Of a stretch of 64,000 nucleotides of DNA, positions 59,716 through 64,000 are shown piece by piece. The position numbers and the translations under genes were made by a program. The notes under the pieces were generated by a model. It saw only the letters and a program-made list of their open reading frames with translations. It did not search any database and had not been told where the DNA came from. Source of the DNA: Candidatus Fermentibacteraceae bacterium (GTDB taxonomy: Bacteria; Fermentibacterota; Fermentibacteria; Fermentibacterales; JCC-6); contig JBGSZS010000018.1 of assembly GCA_041750285.1 (NCBI GenBank), forward strand, positions 231,745 through 295,744, read 5' to 3'. Every line of letters begins with the position of its first letter. Position 1 is the stretch's first letter.

Positions 59716-60993
59716 ATGTCCGAAATAGCAGTTGTTCACTCGAGACAGATCCTCGATTCCAGGGGCAACCCGACGCTTGAAACGGATGTCTACCTCGAAG
59801 ACGGCTCGTTCGGACGGGCCGCCGTGCCAAGCGGCGCCTCCACGGGCGAGCACGAAGCCTGCGAGCTTCGTGACGGCGGCGAGGCATTCGGGGGCAGGGG
59901 GGTTTCCAGGGCCGTTTCCAATGTCATCAACAGAATAGGACCCGCGGTGGTTGGAATGTCGGCCCTTGAGCAGTACGAGCTCGACAGGATCATGATCGAT
60001 CTGGACGGAACCGCCAACAAGTCCGAACTGGGCGCCAACGCAATCCTCAGCGTTTCCATGGCTGTCTCCCGGGCCGCCGCAGACAGCCTTGGCGTGCCCC
60101 TTTACCGGTACCTCGGCGGACCCATGGCAAGGGTGCTTCCGGTGCCCATGATGAACATTCTGAACGGGGGGGCGCATGCCTCGAACATGATCGACCTTCA
60201 GGAGTTCATGATAGTGCCGGCCGGTTTTCAGACCTTCGGCAGAGCCCTGCGGGCAGGCGCCGAAGTCTTCGCCGCACTGAAAAAACTCGCATCCGCCCGG
60301 AACATGCCCACATCTGTAGGTGACGAGGGCGGGCTGGCGCCCGACCTTCCTGACAACCGGGCGGTCCTCAGCTTCATCCTCGAGTCGGTCGAGAAAGCCG
60401 GATACGCTCCGGGCAGGGACATCTTCATCGCCCTCGATCCCGCTGCAAGCGGCTTCTTCCGCAACGGGCGCTACACGATGAACGGCGAGCGGACCGACGG
60501 TTTCAGCAGCGCAGAACTGGTCGACTACTGGGCTGAACTTGTCAGCGAGTTTCCCATCCTCAGCATCGAGGACGGCCTTGCCGAGGATGACTGGGAGGGC
60601 TGGCGCCTCATGAACGGGAAGCTCGGCGGAAAGATACACATCGTGGGCGACGATCTTTTCGTCACCAACGCGAAAAGGCTCAGAGAGGGCATCGAGACCG
60701 GAGCCGCGAACGCAATTCTCATCAAGCTGAACCAGATAGGCACGGTGAGTGAGACCCTGGGCGCGATCGAAATGGCTCACAGGGCTGGAATGAGGGCTGT
60801 GGTCAGCCACCGCAGCGGCGAAACGTCAGACTCGTACATCGCCGACCTCGCCGTGGCAACGGGAACCGGTTTCATTAAAACAGGTTCGGCATGCAGAGGC
60901 GAGCGGACGGAAAAGTACAACCAGCTCCTCCGGATCGAGGAAGAGCTGGGAGGGTCCGCCCTCTACGCCGGACCATGGGCAGGCAGGGGCTGA
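59716..60993 (+). CDS. eno: Enolase (phosphopyruvate hydratase)
   Basis: 425 aa with the signature [17 protein letters not shown] and an N-terminal [12 protein letters not shown]. Confidence 0.95.
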   Translation: MSEIAVVHSRQILDSRGNPTLETDVYLEDGSFGRAAVPSGASTGEHEACELRDGGEAFGGRGVSRAVSNVINRIGPAVVGMSALEQYELDRIMIDLDGTANKSELGANAILSVSMAVSRAAADSLGVPLYRYLGGPMARVLPVPMMNILNGGAHASNMIDLQEFMIVPAGFQTFGRALRAGAEVFAALKKLASARNMPTSVGDEGGLAPDLPDNRAVLSFILESVEKAGYAPGRDIFIALDPAASGFFRNGRYTMNGERTDGFSSAELVDYWAELVSEFPILSIEDGLAEDDWEGWRLMNGKLGGKIHIVGDDLFVTNAKRLREGIETGAANAILIKLNQIGTVSETLGAIEMAHRAGMRAVVSHRSGETSDSYIADLAVATGTGFIKTGSACRGERTEKYNQLLRIEEELGGSALYAGPWAGRG

Positions 60994-61016
60994 GCTTGGC
61001 CTTTTCAGCACCGGGA

Positions 61017-61310
61017 ATGGAGAAAACGGGGAGGGGGCGTTACATCGCCCTTCTCCTCGCCGTTCTGCTGCTGGTGACCGCCGCCCTCGTACTTTTCAAC
61101 CGGAACGGCTTCCTCGCCAACAGGCGGCTGCAGCTCCAGATGCAGGAGACGGCGAGAGAGATCGATTCAAGGGCGGCCCTGCTTGACTCGCTGGAGGAGT
61201 GTGCCCGAAGGCTGACCACCGATTCCCTCTTCATGGAAACCCGCGTCCGGGAAGTGCTGGGGTGGGGAAGACCCGATGAGCACATCGTGAGGTTCGTGGA
61301 ACCGGAGTGA
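61017..61310 (+). CDS. ftsB: Septum formation initiator family (FtsB/DivIC-like)
   Basis: Internal start MEKTGRGRY. One TM helix plus a coiled coil. Positioned after eno as in many bacteria. Confidence 0.6.
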   Translation: MEKTGRGRYIALLLAVLLLVTAALVLFNRNGFLANRRLQLQMQETAREIDSRAALLDSLEECARRLTTDSLFMETRVREVLGWGRPDEHIVRFVEPE

Positions 61311-62608
61311 AAAAGACATCCCTTTCCATTCCGCTGCTGTCGATTCTATGCACGGCACCCCTGGTGGTGATGATCCTCTCTGCCAGCTTCATGCCCGACT
61401 CCGACAGGGCCGCCCACTCCCTGTGGGCGGGGCAGCTCCTGCGGGAAGGCAGCCTTTCGATCTCCCCCGACGGCGTGGTTGACGACTGGAAGGCATTCTA
61501 CCCCAACACGGTGCCAAAACCCGCCGACCTGTTTCTCGGTGTCATGGGCACCCTGTCCGGGCCGTTCCTTGAGGGCATGTTATGGACGGCGCTTTCCTGG
61601 GCGGCGATCTTCGGCGCCATGAAAGCTGCGGGTGGCGGATTGCCAGGTACCGCTACGGGGGTGTTCCTGGGTCTCAACCCGGTCTTTTTGAACCTCTGCA
61701 TGACAAGAAGCCCCGCAGTGCCTTTCATGGCTCTCATTTACACCGGCGTCTCGGGCAATTCCCCCGCAGCATTCGCCCTGTCATCCCTGGTGCGCCCCGA
61801 GGGGTTCATCTTCGGGGTATGGAAGGCACTCAGGGCGAGAAGTTTCAAGGCAGTTCCCATCCTGGTCCTGTCTGCGGGAGTATGGGCTCTTTTGAACTCA
61901 CAGGCGTGCGGAGACCTTTTCTGGTCGGGGCGGGAGGTCCGTTACTGCGTTGCCGCAATGGGTTACGGAACTCCGAACGTGATCACCTACGTTCCATGGC
62001 TCTTCCTGAGGGCGGTGGCGGTTCTCGGCCCGCTTCCCCTCGCGGCACTGCTTTGCAGGGCGGCGAGCTGGGACCTCGGGCGTCCCGTCCTGCTCAACTT
62101 TTTGTTTCTCTGGGTCGGGCTGGCTTTCGGAAGCCTCGTTCTCCCCCGGTACGCCGATCAGATACTGCTTCTTGCGGTTCCCTTCGCCATGGGCGCTGTG
62201 CTCGGCTCGTTCCGCGGCATGGGCCCGGTGGCGGCGGTTGCTCTCTGTTTGGCAGGAGCGGCGCTTCCATGGGCGGACACCATCGATTCCTGGGGCACCG
62301 AGGCGGCGCTCGACCGTAACCTCGGGGCCGTCTCGGCATCACTGCCTGACGGCATTATCGCGGCCAACGAACTTGTCATTCCAAGACTGGCCATTCTCGA
62401 CGGAGGAAGGGGCTATCCGGACAGGTATGTCGCACTGGACAGGGCGGTTTGGGAGGGCGCCGGGGAGGACGACCTTCTGGGCCACGGGGTGACCGCAATC
62501 GTTATCTTCAGGGATGACTTCTACCTCTCGGACCATGCCGCAGCATGGATCGACACACTGTCGGGAAGGATCCCTTTGTTCGACATATCACCACCCCGGT
62601 CTCGATGA
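61307..62608 (+). CDS. Polytopic membrane protein, hypothetical
   Basis: 433 aa and about 10 predicted TM segments. Overlaps both neighbours by 4 nt. Confidence 0.5.
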   Translation: MKKTSLSIPLLSILCTAPLVVMILSASFMPDSDRAAHSLWAGQLLREGSLSISPDGVVDDWKAFYPNTVPKPADLFLGVMGTLSGPFLEGMLWTALSWAAIFGAMKAAGGGLPGTATGVFLGLNPVFLNLCMTRSPAVPFMALIYTGVSGNSPAAFALSSLVRPEGFIFGVWKALRARSFKAVPILVLSAGVWALLNSQACGDLFWSGREVRYCVAAMGYGTPNVITYVPWLFLRAVAVLGPLPLAALLCRAASWDLGRPVLLNFLFLWVGLAFGSLVLPRYADQILLLAVPFAMGAVLGSFRGMGPVAAVALCLAGAALPWADTIDSWGTEAALDRNLGAVSASLPDGIIAANELVIPRLAILDGGRGYPDRYVALDRAVWEGAGEDDLLGHGVTAIVIFRDDFYLSDHAAAWIDTLSGRIPLFDISPPRSR

Positions 62609-63525
62609 CGGCAAGAATACGGGTGCAGTCCGCCGGAAGAAGGGGCGTCGTACTGGCCCTGCCCGGCGGTGAGACCGTCAAGGCTTCGGTCTCGGGGATC
62701 GTCTATCGCGATTCGGGCGGACCGGTGTGCGGCGATGTGGTCGAGGCCGTACCTGAAAGCCCAAGATGGCGCGTGACGGCCATCTCTGAAAGAACCAGCG
62801 TTCTCACCCGCACCTCCCCCCTGGGAAAGCCTCAGGTACTGGCCGCCAACATCGACAGGGTCCTGGTGGTGGCATCCATCTGTTCCCCGGCCCTCAGAAG
62901 GGGTTTTCTCGACAGGGTCCTGGCTTCGGCTGAACACAGCGGTCTCAGCTGCTCGGTCGTTTTGAACAAGGCCGATCTTGCCGACCACCCCGAGGCCGCC
63001 TCGCTGCCCGAGATACAAAGGGTGTATGGCGAAGGGGCGGGGTACAGGGTCCTTGTGGTTTCGGCGAAAACCGGGATGGGCATGGAGCAGCTTTCCGCAT
63101 TCATAGAAGGGCAGACCGTTGTCCTCACAGGTCCCTCCGGGGCCGGCAAGTCGTCCGTAGCCATGAAGCTTAACCCCGGGCTGGATCTGGCGGTGGGCGC
63201 CCTGAATCGGAAAACCTCGCGGGGGCGCCACACAACCGTTGCTGCCAGGCTCCTGCACCTGTGGGGAGACACATGGATGATGGATACCCCGGGACTCAGG
63301 GCCTTTTCCATCGAGCACATACCGGACGATGAACTATGGCTGTGTTTCCCCGAGTTCAGGGGTCTCGAACCATGCCGCTACAGGAACTGCCTGCACGACT
63401 CAGAACCCGGTTGTCCCGTGCGTGACGGTGTGGCATCCGGCTCGATAGACCGGGATCGTTACGACTCTTATCTCAAGCTTCTTGGTGAGATACGGGAGGG
63501 ACGCCCCGTGGGCGTCCGGGAATGA
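62605..63525 (+). CDS. rsgA: Ribosome small-subunit-dependent GTPase A
   Basis: Internal start MTARIRV (ATGA overlap). Circularly permuted GTPase motifs (NKADL, GPSGAGKSS) and a C-terminal zinc module (CxHxxxxGC). Confidence 0.85.
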   Translation: MTARIRVQSAGRRGVVLALPGGETVKASVSGIVYRDSGGPVCGDVVEAVPESPRWRVTAISERTSVLTRTSPLGKPQVLAANIDRVLVVASICSPALRRGFLDRVLASAEHSGLSCSVVLNKADLADHPEAASLPEIQRVYGEGAGYRVLVVSAKTGMGMEQLSAFIEGQTVVLTGPSGAGKSSVAMKLNPGLDLAVGALNRKTSRGRHTTVAARLLHLWGDTWMMDTPGLRAFSIEHIPDDELWLCFPEFRGLEPCRYRNCLHDSEPGCPVRDGVASGSIDRDRYDSYLKLLGEIREGRPVGVRE

Positions 63526-63557
63526 AAAAAAGAAAGTTATCCGGTGTTTTCGTTTTC

Positions 63558-64000
63558 TCACAGACGCGGCAGCCCGGGGGCGACCCGGGTTCTGAGCGAG
63601 GATAGCGCCGCAGCGTAGCCTTTCCGTTCCGGCGAGGACCCCGGAAAGATGCCCATCCTGACAAGGCACTTCAGCATGACGAGCCGGCGCACCGCTTCGG
63701 AGGAGTCCGGCCGGTTCAGGTCGAACCACTTCCACATCCCCCAGTGAAAGCACGCCAGCCTCACCTCGCCCGCCGACGGGGCACCGGAGCCCTCCCGGTG
63801 GACGAACCTCGCCTTTTCGCAGAAACGGGTCTCGATGGCCTTGGCATGGGCCCTGGCGCAAAGGTCTACATCCTCGAAGTACAGGGGATAATCCCTGTGA
63901 AAACCCCCAAGTGTATCCAGAAACAATGATCTTTCCACAAGTATGAGGGCGCCCTGGACCCAGTTCGGGGGCGTTCCCTGCCATAGGGTTTTCGCCCTTC
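63558..64000 (-). CDS. Glycosyltransferase family 2, C-terminal part. The N-terminus lies beyond the window end.
   Basis: The frame continues to the window edge (...ALILVERSLFLDTLGGFHRDYPLYFEDVDLCARAHAKA...), a GT2 EDxDLCxR motif. Confidence 0.5.
   Translation of the reverse strand, partial: RAKTLWQGTPPNWVQGALILVERSLFLDTLGGFHRDYPLYFEDVDLCARAHAKAIETRFCEKARFVHREGSGAPSAGEVRLACFHWGMWKWFDLNRPDSSEAVRRLVMLKCLVRMGIFPGSSPERKGYAAALSSLRTRVAPGLPRL

Noticed and set aside
59590-60810. 406-aa ORF antisense to enolase
   Set aside because: Enolase on the plus strand is unambiguous. This is an antisense open frame caused by GC-rich codon usage.
63400-63984. 194-aa minus-strand ORF
   Set aside because: It lies in an alternative frame to the GT2 fragment, which has a clear EDxDLC motif. 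Its composition is shadow-like.

Overview
The window is high-GC (about 63-65%), gene-dense bacterial chromosome in which most genes overlap or nearly abut. I support about 57 protein-coding genes and no rRNA, tRNA, CRISPR array or obvious mobile element.

On the minus strand, a long co-directional string runs ptb, rpiB, wecB, a transglutaminase-like lipoprotein, the riboflavin operon (ribD, ribE, ribBA, ribH), nusB and a metallophosphoesterase. At the 5' edge it is preceded by a DnaE2-like error-prone polymerase N-terminus and a GNAT acetyltransferase, with a SAM methyltransferase and a GT4 on the plus strand. The mid-window has lat (lysine 6-aminotransferase), a class-II aldolase, an archaeal-type AspRS and butyrate kinase overlapping a split acyl-CoA mutase large subunit. 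Next comes a cell-surface cluster: an RCC1-repeat protein and a C25 gingipain-like peptidase, both with T9SS-type C-terminal sorting domains, lipoproteins and an O-antigen-ligase/TPR protein. A second minus-strand string holds yugP, an M50 protease, a GT4, metG, ricT/PSP1, holB, an EnvC-like protein, metK and a biotin-less carboxyltransferase. It is followed by dnaJ, grpE and dnaK, divergent from uvrA.

An envelope-modification locus contains an M23 lipoprotein, a GT2, a NodU-like carbamoyltransferase and a sigma-54 activator with an atypical receiver. Upstream of and divergent from its first gene are NtrC-like and REC-GAF-HD-GYP response regulators; hflK and hflC lie immediately downstream on the same strand. 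The window ends with eno, ftsB, a membrane protein, rsgA and a partial GT2.

The most interesting non-coding signals are a promoter followed by a hairpin-U8 attenuator-like leader in front of metK, and nested inverted repeats in the dnaK/uvrA divergent intergenic region that match neither CIRCE nor HAIR. Direct and inverted repeats lie upstream of the dnaE2-like gene. Several AT-rich promoter islands stand out against the GC-rich background.

Many long ORFs in alternative and antisense frames are GC-driven shadows and are rejected. The ORF track evidently accepts ATG, GTG and TTG starts, so I reassigned many true starts to internal positions using RBS, signal-peptide and family N-terminus evidence.
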